Assembly (NCBI GenBank): GCA_046757165.1
Contig: JBHHXT010000077.1
Span: 1-20,731, forward strand
DNA length: 20,731 bases
Origin: a bacterium
Lineage (GTDB): Bacteria > Zhuqueibacterota > Zhuqueibacteria > Oceanimicrobiales > Oceanimicrobiaceae
Direction of reading: 5' to 3'
In this document: positions 9,490 to 17,355 of the stretch, in pieces
How the letters are laid out: each line of letters begins with the position of its first letter
How positions within the stretch are numbered: position 1 is the first letter of the stretch
Notes under the pieces: model-generated
The model's database searches: none
What the model saw: the letters and a program-made list of their open reading frames with translations, nothing else
Told to the model about the DNA's origin: nothing
Position numbers and translations under genes: made by a program

Positions 9490-9521
9490 TATAAAAGCCA
9501 GTGTCTTACGACACTGGCTTT
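9490..9521 (-). terminator. Intrinsic terminator-like hairpin
   Basis: Perfect 12-bp stem AAAGCCAGTGTC (9494-9505), 4-nt loop, GACACTGGCTTT (9510-9521). On the minus strand it ends in TTTTATATTT. Confidence 0.65.
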
Positions 9522-9682
9522 AAGTCTCCCACATCTAAGGTAAGAAAAAAAGATGTGATATTGTGTAGGGGACTAAGATATACAAAATCTCAACAGACAA
9601 ATCAAGTAAAAAAATCAAAAAATTCGATAGATCACACGGAAAGATATCTTAATTCAATTTGAGAAATCCGTGTGGAATATTC

Positions 9683-12394
9683 TCACAGAATGGCAACTTC
9701 CTGCTGACCAAAGATGCGTCGTATAGTCTTTTGGTCCAGGAATGTTTCGGCCCCCGTATTCTTGCCTGTCACAACCTCCCGAACAGCCTGGCTTTCGATA
9801 AGCTGTCGAACTTGCCGGGAGGCAACCGAATTTTGCGGGAGGGTGCGGTTCCGAATATGGTCAATCGTCTCCGGATGGTCGACCAGGTGGGCGGTAAGCA
9901 GCGGCCACCTGAGTTCGAGGATGGTCCAGAGCACGAGCGGTCCGGTCTCGACGTCGCGTTCCTCCAGAAAGTTGACTGCCTGGCGCAGACTGAAGGCATT
10001 GATCAGCCGTTTCATGGCACGCGGATTGGGTTCGAGCAGCACAGAAAAGGGCTTGAGCTTGTGCTCGAGGTGCTCGCGCGCTTTCGCGGTCGTCATACGT
10101 TTTGCGGCAACCGCACGCAGACCCTGCTTGATGATGGCATCGCCTTCGTACTCGCTGACCACCTGCTTCAATTCGTCATCTGTCTGAGCCTGACCAATGA
10201 TCTTTTCTGCCTCCTTCTCGGCTTCTTGCTGCACTCTTTCGATGTCCTCCGGTGAACTCGAGCCGGCCGTTTCCAGCAACCGCGCCCAATACTCCCGCAT
10301 CGCGATGGCAGACAGGAGCGGCACGGAGGCCGAGACTTGAAATATTTTTTCGAGAAAAAGATAGCCGAGCGGCCGTCCGGGCTCGCCGATGGTTCCGGCA
10401 TAATCCTCGTAGCGCTTCTCAAAACTCATGCGCACCCAATCCCGGTCGGCAGCGACAACGTATGCCGCATTGCTATCGCGAAAAAGTGTCTGGATGCCCT
10501 CGAGCAGATCGACGACGTAGTCTCCCGTGCAGCGGTCCAGGTCGTCGATGAAGATCGCCAGGGGGCGGTCGATTTCATTCACCAGTTTCTTGAACAAAGA
10601 GGCGATGGGACGCAGGGGGTCGCTACTGAGATCCATGTACGTTTTCGCCGCCCTTGCGGAGCCGAACAGGAGTGAGCGGCTGGCGGCCACCAGGCCGGCC
10701 CAGACTGCCAGCAGTGCCGCGATGACTTTCAAGCCAAACTCGATCTGTTTACCCCGGTCGCCGCTGGTCGGGCTTTCGCCGAGAACGTTCAAGCTTCCGG
10801 TTACCAGCAAACTCATCCCCACGATCACAACCAACGCGATAACGACCGGCAACCAATCGGCGCGCAGCCGCCAGACAAACCAGCGCAGTCTCAGCTTGAA
10901 CGCTTGCCACGAACCCGCCTGACCAACCTGGTGCACGGCCTCGCTGTACACCTCCCGAATCAGCGGCCACCATGGCGGATTCGTGTGCTGGTTGCGCCAG
11001 GCATTGAAGTCCACCACGACCCACTTTTCTCCCAGGACTCCGGAGACCATGTGGCGCCGCATGAAATTGAGAAGAGAGGATTTGCCCGAGCCCCACGGGC
11101 CGTGCAGGTGGACGGCAAAAGCACAGGGACTCTTGTGCCAGACTTCATGGATGCGGGTCGCAATGACCTCGGCAAACGGCCGGCGGCCGAGCTCGTCGAT
11201 TTCGGCCGGGGAGTCGTTGTGGGTGGGAACGGTCTCTTTGAGCTCTGCTTTTGCGGGTGAGTCAGGGGTAGACCGGTTCGTAACGGCTTCAACAACTTTC
11301 GTAGCAAACTCGGAGAGCAGGCGGTCGGCTTCTTTCTTGTCCATCGTCGCAATGGCCTGGCCATCTTCAGGAAAAGGACGCAGCTTGGCCAGCCATGGCA
11401 CCTCTTGCCAGGGAGCCGGCTCCAGTATGATCGGTAGCAATAACTGCTGGTCCCCGCCTTGTTTTCTGAGGATGTTCAGGAATTCTTCCTCCCGGACAGC
11501 TTTCGACTGAAGATAGGTTGAGGTAATCAAGAACAGACAAGCCGACCACCGGTCCGATTCTGATTGTATTTGCACAACCTTGTCGCCATGGCCTCTGGTG
11601 AGGGTGGGTTCAGTACTCGAGCGAACAAGATTTTGTTTCAAAAACGGCTCGAAGTGGTGGCGAACTCGCGCCATCCAATGCTTGTCCCCCTCATGGTAAC
11701 TCAGGTAAACAAACGGTGGCTTCAGATCTTCTGATTCGTCACTCTGAGCATCTTCCACACCCTTCTGCTCTTCGCCCTTGTGTTTGCCTGGGATGAGCCT
11801 TGCGCGCAAGCTGTCGAGCGGAAAGGCCGGTCCGGGATCTTGTTTGCGACCCGGTGCGATCTCCTCATGACCCAGGATGGATGAGATCTGGTACTCTCGA
11901 ATGAGAAGCGCACTGATCTCCTCGACAAGCTTGATCTGCTCGTCGGTATATCGATGCCAGTATTTGTACTCGATTTGTGGGTTGCGGTGCCGGGCTTCGA
12001 CCACCTCTGATTCATTGTAGGTCTTTTCGAACCACGCATGATACGTCGTCCCTTTTTTTGTCAGCCAGCCGGCATTCTCCAGCTCAATCCCGATGGCGAA
12101 GTTATTGAAGCCCGTTCTTCCCTCGTAGGCGCTTCTGCCAGCGTGCCAGGCAACGACATTGAAGGGGAGCAATTGCGTTACCCCGCCGTCGCGCGCAATC
12201 ACCAGATGTGCGGACGCCTTTTGGTTCGGGTCGGTAAGGGCCTTTATGGCTGAGTCCGCATCCGGGGACATGGTTGCGTGAATAACGATGGTATCTGGCT
12301 CGAGCTGGCCCCCGTGGTTTGGCGATTTATGCAACGAGACCCTCTCCCCCTGCAACAGATGATTTGCAATGCTCATGGTGGGCGCAGTACTCAT
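9683..12394 (-). CDS. Fusion protein: N-acetylmuramoyl-L-alanine amidase (Amidase_2) + TIR-like domain + KAP-family P-loop NTPase with two TM helices
   Basis: Amidase: IVIHAT, ASAHLVIARDG, AWHAGRS, IGIELEN, GHEEIAPGRKQDPG. TIR: FVYLSYHEGD...CLFLITSTYLQSKAVREEE...LLPIILEPAPW. KAP: DELGRRPFA, Walker A GPWGSGKSS, FNAW, two TMs, Walker B IFIDDLDRC, FLEKIFQ, NPRAMKRLINA. Start uncertain (12376, 12394, 12412 or 12424). Confidence 0.85.
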   Translation of the reverse strand: MSTAPTMSIANHLLQGERVSLHKSPNHGGQLEPDTIVIHATMSPDADSAIKALTDPNQKASAHLVIARDGGVTQLLPFNVVAWHAGRSAYEGRTGFNNFAIGIELENAGWLTKKGTTYHAWFEKTYNESEVVEARHRNPQIEYKYWHRYTDEQIKLVEEISALLIREYQISSILGHEEIAPGRKQDPGPAFPLDSLRARLIPGKHKGEEQKGVEDAQSDESEDLKPPFVYLSYHEGDKHWMARVRHHFEPFLKQNLVRSSTEPTLTRGHGDKVVQIQSESDRWSACLFLITSTYLQSKAVREEEFLNILRKQGGDQQLLLPIILEPAPWQEVPWLAKLRPFPEDGQAIATMDKKEADRLLSEFATKVVEAVTNRSTPDSPAKAELKETVPTHNDSPAEIDELGRRPFAEVIATRIHEVWHKSPCAFAVHLHGPWGSGKSSLLNFMRRHMVSGVLGEKWVVVDFNAWRNQHTNPPWWPLIREVYSEAVHQVGQAGSWQAFKLRLRWFVWRLRADWLPVVIALVVIVGMSLLVTGSLNVLGESPTSGDRGKQIEFGLKVIAALLAVWAGLVAASRSLLFGSARAAKTYMDLSSDPLRPIASLFKKLVNEIDRPLAIFIDDLDRCTGDYVVDLLEGIQTLFRDSNAAYVVAADRDWVRMSFEKRYEDYAGTIGEPGRPLGYLFLEKIFQVSASVPLLSAIAMREYWARLLETAGSSSPEDIERVQQEAEKEAEKIIGQAQTDDELKQVVSEYEGDAIIKQGLRAVAAKRMTTAKAREHLEHKLKPFSVLLEPNPRAMKRLINAFSLRQAVNFLEERDVETGPLVLWTILELRWPLLTAHLVDHPETIDHIRNRTLPQNSVASRQVRQLIESQAVREVVTGKNTGAETFLDQKTIRRIFGQQEVAIL

Positions 12395-12625
12395 AATATT
12401 ATCAATCCCCATCTTGATCCACACGGATCTTTTGAACTAAAATATTTTTTCGTGTGGTTTTTTGATCCGCGTGCACCAAACATGTCTCTTCTTCAGGAAA
12501 ACCTTTTGTTGCTTCATAGATCTTCAATGCCAATCCGTCGGCTAACTCAAAAGCTTAAAGTTTCGTCTGATCTCCAATCGATTCTTCCTACAGCCTAAAA
12601 GTCTTCAGCCTATCTACCTGAATAG

Positions 12626-13090
12626 TCACACCCCCACCGTCAGATCCTCCCGCACGATGGGCAGCTCGTCGACATGCTGTTCGGCCCAGGCAGCCGCTTT
12701 TCCGTTGAGCGGGCTCTTGACGTTGTAGCTCTGGTAGCAGATCATCTCGCCGATGCGAACGACCAGGTGGGCGAGGGATTCGCCAGCGCTCCAGTGGTCA
12801 CCGATGCAGATCTTTTGCGGGTCGATGTTCGGGTGAAACACGGGCGTGATCATGCGGCAGAAGGGCGGGCGGCGTGGGTAATCCCTGAGCAGAAACACCT
12901 CAGCGCGGTGGGTGAGGGCGCGCTTGCAGGAATCGCCCTCTGTGGGGACCAGGCCAGCCACCTTGAATTCAAACGTGTACTTTTCCGGGGGCGTACCCTC
13001 TGTGTCGATCAGACGAATGTAGGGATGATCCTGGAAAGCAGCTTGAATGCGTTGATTGTCGGCATGAAGTCTTCGGATTCTCGGGGTCAT
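12626..13090 (-). CDS. Ubiquitin-conjugating enzyme E2 (UBC fold)
   Basis: RIRRL..D N-helix, DYPRRPPFCRMITPVFHPNIDPQKICIGDHW (YPxxPP, HPN triad, catalytic Cys codon 12806-12808, downstream Trp) and SPLNGKAA. GGAGGA SD before ATG 13090. Confidence 0.92.
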   Translation of the reverse strand: MTPRIRRLHADNQRIQAAFQDHPYIRLIDTEGTPPEKYTFEFKVAGLVPTEGDSCKRALTHRAEVFLLRDYPRRPPFCRMITPVFHPNIDPQKICIGDHWSAGESLAHLVVRIGEMICYQSYNVKSPLNGKAAAWAEQHVDELPIVREDLTVGV

Positions 13091-13180
13091 GGTGTCCTCC
13101 AGTTTCTGAATCAAGGTCCCGGGCCGGGCCGATTCCGTGAAACGTCAAACGTGATCGTCAAACTCCCGCTTTGTTCAACT

Positions 13181-13750
13181 TCAAGGTCGAGCAGAGCCGA
13201 GTGCTGTGTAGAGCAGCATAAAAAAGAGCACGAGGGCGGTCTGAGTAATGGCCACGCCCATGGCCACTTTGCACAGACCCGAGTACAGCACTGGCAGCGC
13301 CGCAATGTCCCGGGCATTTCTTTTGTACCAGAACGGTACGACCAGCGCGGCAAGGGGCGCAGTACAGGGCAGGATGCTGAGAATCGTGCGCCAGATGACC
13401 TTTTTGCGCAAAGCGGGAAGCCGCTTTTCCAGAGCCTGATGCTGCTGGAATTCTGCCTGCTTCATGGGCGCCGCAGTAGAGAATCTTGCACCGCAATGGC
13501 GACAGCGGATGGCGGCCGCCAGAATTTCTTGACCACAATGAGGGCAGGGTTTGCGTTCATCGCCCCAGTAGGAGACCGGAATTTCAATGGCGTGCAGGTG
13601 CTCTGTTTCCGGAACCTGGGCACAGCCGTAGAGCGCACACCCCTGGTTTTCCTGCCAGCACTCCGTATGGTATGGCGAGCTGCACTCGGGGCAGCGGTAG
13701 ATTTTGGACCGCGTTGCCGGCAGCGGTGTCTGACAAATGGCACACAGCAT
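13181..13750 (-). CDS. Membrane-anchored prokaryotic RING-finger protein (Prok-RING_1-like) with zinc ribbon; putative E3 ligase
   Basis: CAIC-x13-CPEC-x4-H-x2-CW-x5-C-x4-C (YHTECWQENQGCALYGC). A second Zn ribbon (CPHC...CRHC) and two C-terminal hydrophobic helices follow. ATG lies 3 nt after the upstream stop codon. Confidence 0.8.
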   Translation of the reverse strand: MLCAICQTPLPATRSKIYRCPECSSPYHTECWQENQGCALYGCAQVPETEHLHAIEIPVSYWGDERKPCPHCGQEILAAAIRCRHCGARFSTAAPMKQAEFQQHQALEKRLPALRKKVIWRTILSILPCTAPLAALVVPFWYKRNARDIAALPVLYSGLCKVAMGVAITQTALVLFFMLLYTALGSARP

Positions 13751-13753
13751 CTT

Positions 13754-15157
13754 TTACGCCTGCCTTGTTTGAAAGACGAAAGAAGTCCGCCCGATGGTGA
13801 TTCTGTCGCCGTGTCGCAGCCGAGAGCGCTGGACGGCGCGGTCATTCACGATGACGGGTTTCTCCCGGCTCAGGCTTTGGATTTCACAGTCGTCGCCGAT
13901 GGTGCGCAAGGTGGCATGCCGGCTGACCACCTGCGGGTCGTTGAACAGGTAAATCTCGCACTTCGGTGAAGCGCCGATGGTCATGGTATCTTTGAAGAAC
14001 AAAAATTCTTTGCCAGCCAGCGGCCCTTCGGTCATGCGCAGCCACGCATCCCGCGCCAGCAGTTGCACGACACCGATCATGACGCCGACACTCAAGCCGA
14101 TAAGCGTGAAGCCGATCATTCGGCTCAGATGCGCGCTGGGCGTAGCCTCTCCCTGAATGAGAAAATAAATCGGATCGAAGAACAGGCCGCCCAGCAGGCC
14201 TCCGACCACGCCGCCGAGAAAACCGTAGATGAGCAACCGTTTCGAGCGCAGAGCAATCCCCTGGCCGAGCCCCATGGCGAGACCGATCAACGCCCAACTG
14301 CCGCCCCGTCCGATGATTTGCAGAAAAAAGGCAAAGGAGCTGAATTGGCCCGCTTCACTGACCTGGCGCATGACCACACTATTCACCGAGGCATAGAGCA
14401 GGCCTCCGAAGAGATGAGAAACAAAGCCCCCCACCAGGCCGACGAGCAGGCCCACCAGGCCGCCCAGGAGCGCACGCCTGATGAGACGGCAAACCAGCCC
14501 TTCAGCGGCACCAACTGCCAACCCGATGGCGCCCGCTATCAGCGGAAAGACGAGCATACCGAACAAACTGTCACGCCTGTCCAATTCTCTCAGGGATAAA
14601 GTTGCTTTTTCCGGGGGCGGGCTCACAGGGTTGAGGATGACGTAAACACCGAGAGCAATGTCGTTTACCAGCGTTGAGACATACTCCAGATAGATCCCGA
14701 CTTCCCGGCCTTGCCGCAGTTCGTTCGCCTGCAAAGGCACAGCTTCGCCGTCGCTGTACTCCTGCACCCCCTGCCACAGCCAGATTTTGTGGCCGTTGAC
14801 GTCAATCCAGCCCAGGCCGGAGAGCTCTGACGCATCGCCGTTGGATGGCAGATCACCGGTAGAGGGCAGGGCCGCCTGCAGGTTCAGGTTTTCGATCGGG
14901 CCCTGGAGATAGAAAAGATCGTCGATGTAGGGCTCGGTAAAGGCCCAGACAGCAAACGCGGCCAGCGCCCCGGCCAGGCCGAAAACAAACCAATTTTGCA
15001 AGTACCAGACCGTGCGCGTGCGCTCCTTGGTGATGCCGACATCGCCGGTGAGGCTGCGCTGCCGGTTCAGAAAGTCGTCAACCTTTGCGCTCATCGCCTC
15101 CTCGTGCGTGATGCGAATCGGCTCATCAGTCGTAGTGGATTTGTCGCTCTGGCTCAT
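13754..15157 (-). CDS. Multi-pass membrane protein with C-terminal FHA-fold domain
   Basis: One N-terminal TM, an ~120-aa loop, then about 5 Gly-rich TM helices. C-terminus WLRMTEGPLAGKEF...TIG...CEIYL..D..V.SRHA...VN......L.HGD.ITIG. ATGA overlap with the JAB stop codon (15154-15157). Confidence 0.85.
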   Translation of the reverse strand: MSQSDKSTTTDEPIRITHEEAMSAKVDDFLNRQRSLTGDVGITKERTRTVWYLQNWFVFGLAGALAAFAVWAFTEPYIDDLFYLQGPIENLNLQAALPSTGDLPSNGDASELSGLGWIDVNGHKIWLWQGVQEYSDGEAVPLQANELRQGREVGIYLEYVSTLVNDIALGVYVILNPVSPPPEKATLSLRELDRRDSLFGMLVFPLIAGAIGLAVGAAEGLVCRLIRRALLGGLVGLLVGLVGGFVSHLFGGLLYASVNSVVMRQVSEAGQFSSFAFFLQIIGRGGSWALIGLAMGLGQGIALRSKRLLIYGFLGGVVGGLLGGLFFDPIYFLIQGEATPSAHLSRMIGFTLIGLSVGVMIGVVQLLARDAWLRMTEGPLAGKEFLFFKDTMTIGASPKCEIYLFNDPQVVSRHATLRTIGDDCEIQSLSREKPVIVNDRAVQRSRLRHGDRITIGRTSFVFQTRQA

Positions 15158-16149
15158 GGTTTCTGTCCCTCCCTTTTATCAGATGGTGTTTCTTTCTTGT
15201 CTTTCTCGACGGGCACCTCCAGCCCGACAATTTGTACCGTCAGGAAAACCGTTTTGTCCCCGATACGTACCGGGATCGGCACGCTGCGCAGGCTCTCGAT
15301 CCTGGGCACGACCGGGTTGGTCGTGTACTGGAAATATATCCAATGTCCGGCCCACGCCACGACGACCACGAGGACCAAAACGACGACAAACATGACAAAC
15401 AGGTGCAGGCCATTGCGGTGCGATTCCACGTTGTGCATCAACTGGTCGAGCTTCGATTCCAGCGCTCGAATTTCCTCAGAAAGCGCCTCCTCTCGCGGTT
15501 GCGGGTTGTCCTGAGAGGGCGGCGTCTGGCAGCGCATTTCCTTGCCGCCTACCCAGAAGTGGCGCAGCGCAGCGATCCCATGCTCCGCGTTGGCACAGAT
15601 GGCCACCTCACCGATCACCGGGTCTGTCACCAGGGCAACCTGGGTTGGCGATGAAAAAAAATTACGCTGGATGAACAGGTCCATTTCAGAAAACTGCACG
15701 CCAAATCCCGGATGGGAATGGTACCAGCCGACGATCTGCATATCGGGATACTCGTTATCCCGTGTGTGATGAATCTTGTTCCAGGTCTCCTGGGTGAAGG
15801 TCACATGCGTGCTCCCCTCTTTGGCGCCTTCTCCTTCGATAACGGCCTTGACTTGCACATGGTCGCCGTCCTCATCCTCGCCCACCACACCGAGGAGCAC
15901 ACCACAGATTTCGGCGTCCAGGGACGAACGGGCGTGCGCCACCACGCTGGCATAGGCTTGTTTCTCGAAGAAAACACGCAGCTGAGCGCTCTGCGTACCA
16001 GGCACGGGAAAGGGCTGGGAAGATTTCTGTGTGACCTCTTGCCACTCTCCAACGGCTACGGCACCGGCGCCCGGGTCTGGCGTCTGTTTCTGCTTTTGCG
16101 ACTTTTTCTTGCCGGATTTTGTGCGTTTGTTTTTCTTCTTGGGCCACAT
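15154..16149 (-). CDS. JAB/MPN+ (JAMM) metallo-isopeptidase with C-terminal coiled coil and TM anchor
   Basis: Catalytic Glu in EICGVLLG. VGWYHSHPGFGVQFSEMD gives HxH-x7-S-x2-D (HSH at 15712-15720). Coiled coil LSEEIRALESKLDQL and TM LFVMFVVVLVLVVVVAWAGHWI. AAGGAG SD. Confidence 0.92.
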   Translation of the reverse strand: MWPKKKNKRTKSGKKKSQKQKQTPDPGAGAVAVGEWQEVTQKSSQPFPVPGTQSAQLRVFFEKQAYASVVAHARSSLDAEICGVLLGVVGEDEDGDHVQVKAVIEGEGAKEGSTHVTFTQETWNKIHHTRDNEYPDMQIVGWYHSHPGFGVQFSEMDLFIQRNFFSSPTQVALVTDPVIGEVAICANAEHGIAALRHFWVGGKEMRCQTPPSQDNPQPREEALSEEIRALESKLDQLMHNVESHRNGLHLFVMFVVVLVLVVVVAWAGHWIYFQYTTNPVVPRIESLRSVPIPVRIGDKTVFLTVQIVGLEVPVEKDKKETPSDKREGQKP

Positions 16150-16241
16150 GGGCGTTCTCCTTTTGTCGGGTTACCAGGCCACAACCCACCAAAAATCACC
16201 GAAAAACTGTGCTAAGAAAACACAATGTTGTCGGCTTGTAG

Positions 16242-16446
16242 GACGGATTAAACACGGATTCTGTCGATGATAAACAATTCTTCATATCCAAAACTCATTT
16301 TTTCGTGTCAATTCGTGTCAATCCGTGGCTAAGTACTGGTTTTCACCAATTCGATGACATATCGCCTCACGCAAAGCCGCAAAGTCTGCCGAGAAATGAA
16401 GGTCAAAAACAAACAAACTCTGCGCGCTCGGCGTCTTTGCGTGAGA
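16242..16446. repeat. Intergenic palindromic repeat elements within the ubiquitin-like cluster
   Basis: ACGGATTAAACACGGATT (~16242-16260) faces CGTGTCAATTCGTGTCAATCCGTGG (~16304-16328). Perfect 11-bp inverted repeat CTCACGCAAAG (16366-16376) / CTTTGCGTGAG (16435-16445). Confidence 0.65.
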
Positions 16447-16507
16447 TTAAGTCCGTAATAGTATGTACGAATTCCTGTACTAAGTATATCCGGGGCGCCA
16501 ACTCGGG

Positions 16508-17332
16508 TTACATCACATTGGCCACCAATCCCAGCCAGAACGGGAGCCAGGCCAGCACGCCAACGCTCCCGAACAGGATGCCGGCGATGGCCAGGCCCTT
16601 TCCTCGCAATTCTTGCCGCCCCTCCTTTATCAGACTCAAGCTTTTCACGCCATAATAAATCGCGAATGAAGAGCCAATGCCAGCCAGCCAGAAGATACCC
16701 AGGGCAAAACTCCTCTTCGCCAGGCGCATGACGGCGTCCTGAAGGTCATCAAATTGTCTCTCCGCAACCTCTTGCCCGAGTGACTCGGGTTCGGGCCCAG
16801 CGACCATAGCCAGGCCGCATTCCGGACATCTGGGCAGCCCTTCGATGGGCGATTGGCAGGCTGGACACTTATCGCCTGCGTCCTCCGGAACAGGTTCCTG
16901 AGCGGGTGGCGACGCTTCGTTGATGACCTCGCACGCGCGGTCGAAATCGTCCTGACGAACCTGGATTTGAACCGGGCCTGCCACGACGTTGAACCCGGCA
17001 CCGATTTGTCCGACTCCGAACAGGTGCTGCACACCGGCATTCTTCGAATAGGAGGGAATGCCGGCGCTTTCCAACAGCCCCACAACCGCCACGCGCTCCG
17101 CTTCGTCGTTTGGAATGAAGACGGTTCGCAATGCTACCTGGCCCTCCAGGTCCTGATCGATGTCCTCAACCTCCTGATTTTCCTCCACGATCTTGTTGGG
17201 GTCGTGCACATAATATTCGTTGTTGCATTTCTTGACAAACTTCTGTGGATAGTCGCGGACGTTGAAGTGCAGATGCTTGCAGACGCCGGTCTCGCTTTGA
17301 AAATGTCTGCATGTTTGGCATAAGTTGCTCAT
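16508..17332 (-). CDS. Membrane protein: N-terminal Cys cluster + DUF2007-like (PII-like signalling) domain + Zn ribbon + DUF4190-like TM hairpin
   Basis: CQTC..C..C at the N-terminus, then EAERVAVVGLLESAGIP...GPVQIQVRQDDFDRACEVI, CPAC...CPECG and SFALGI...G.KSL..IK....LRGKGLAIAGILFG. Start taken at ATG 17332, 23 nt after the E1 stop (ORF track starts at 17395). Confidence 0.75.
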   Translation of the reverse strand: MSNLCQTCRHFQSETGVCKHLHFNVRDYPQKFVKKCNNEYYVHDPNKIVEENQEVEDIDQDLEGQVALRTVFIPNDEAERVAVVGLLESAGIPSYSKNAGVQHLFGVGQIGAGFNVVAGPVQIQVRQDDFDRACEVINEASPPAQEPVPEDAGDKCPACQSPIEGLPRCPECGLAMVAGPEPESLGQEVAERQFDDLQDAVMRLAKRSFALGIFWLAGIGSSFAIYYGVKSLSLIKEGRQELRGKGLAIAGILFGSVGVLAWLPFWLGLVANVM

Positions 17333-17355
17333 GTCAAGATCCCCATTATCAGACG

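Noticed and set aside
12674..13969. 431-aa plus-strand ORF
   Set aside because: Antisense shadow of the E2, RING and FHA genes with no recognisable motifs; expected in GC-rich DNA.
16150..16507. CRISPR array or small gene in the gap within the Ubl cluster
   Set aside because: The repeats are short inverted or tandem motifs without regular repeat-spacer periodicity. The ORFs crossing the gap look like translated palindromes.
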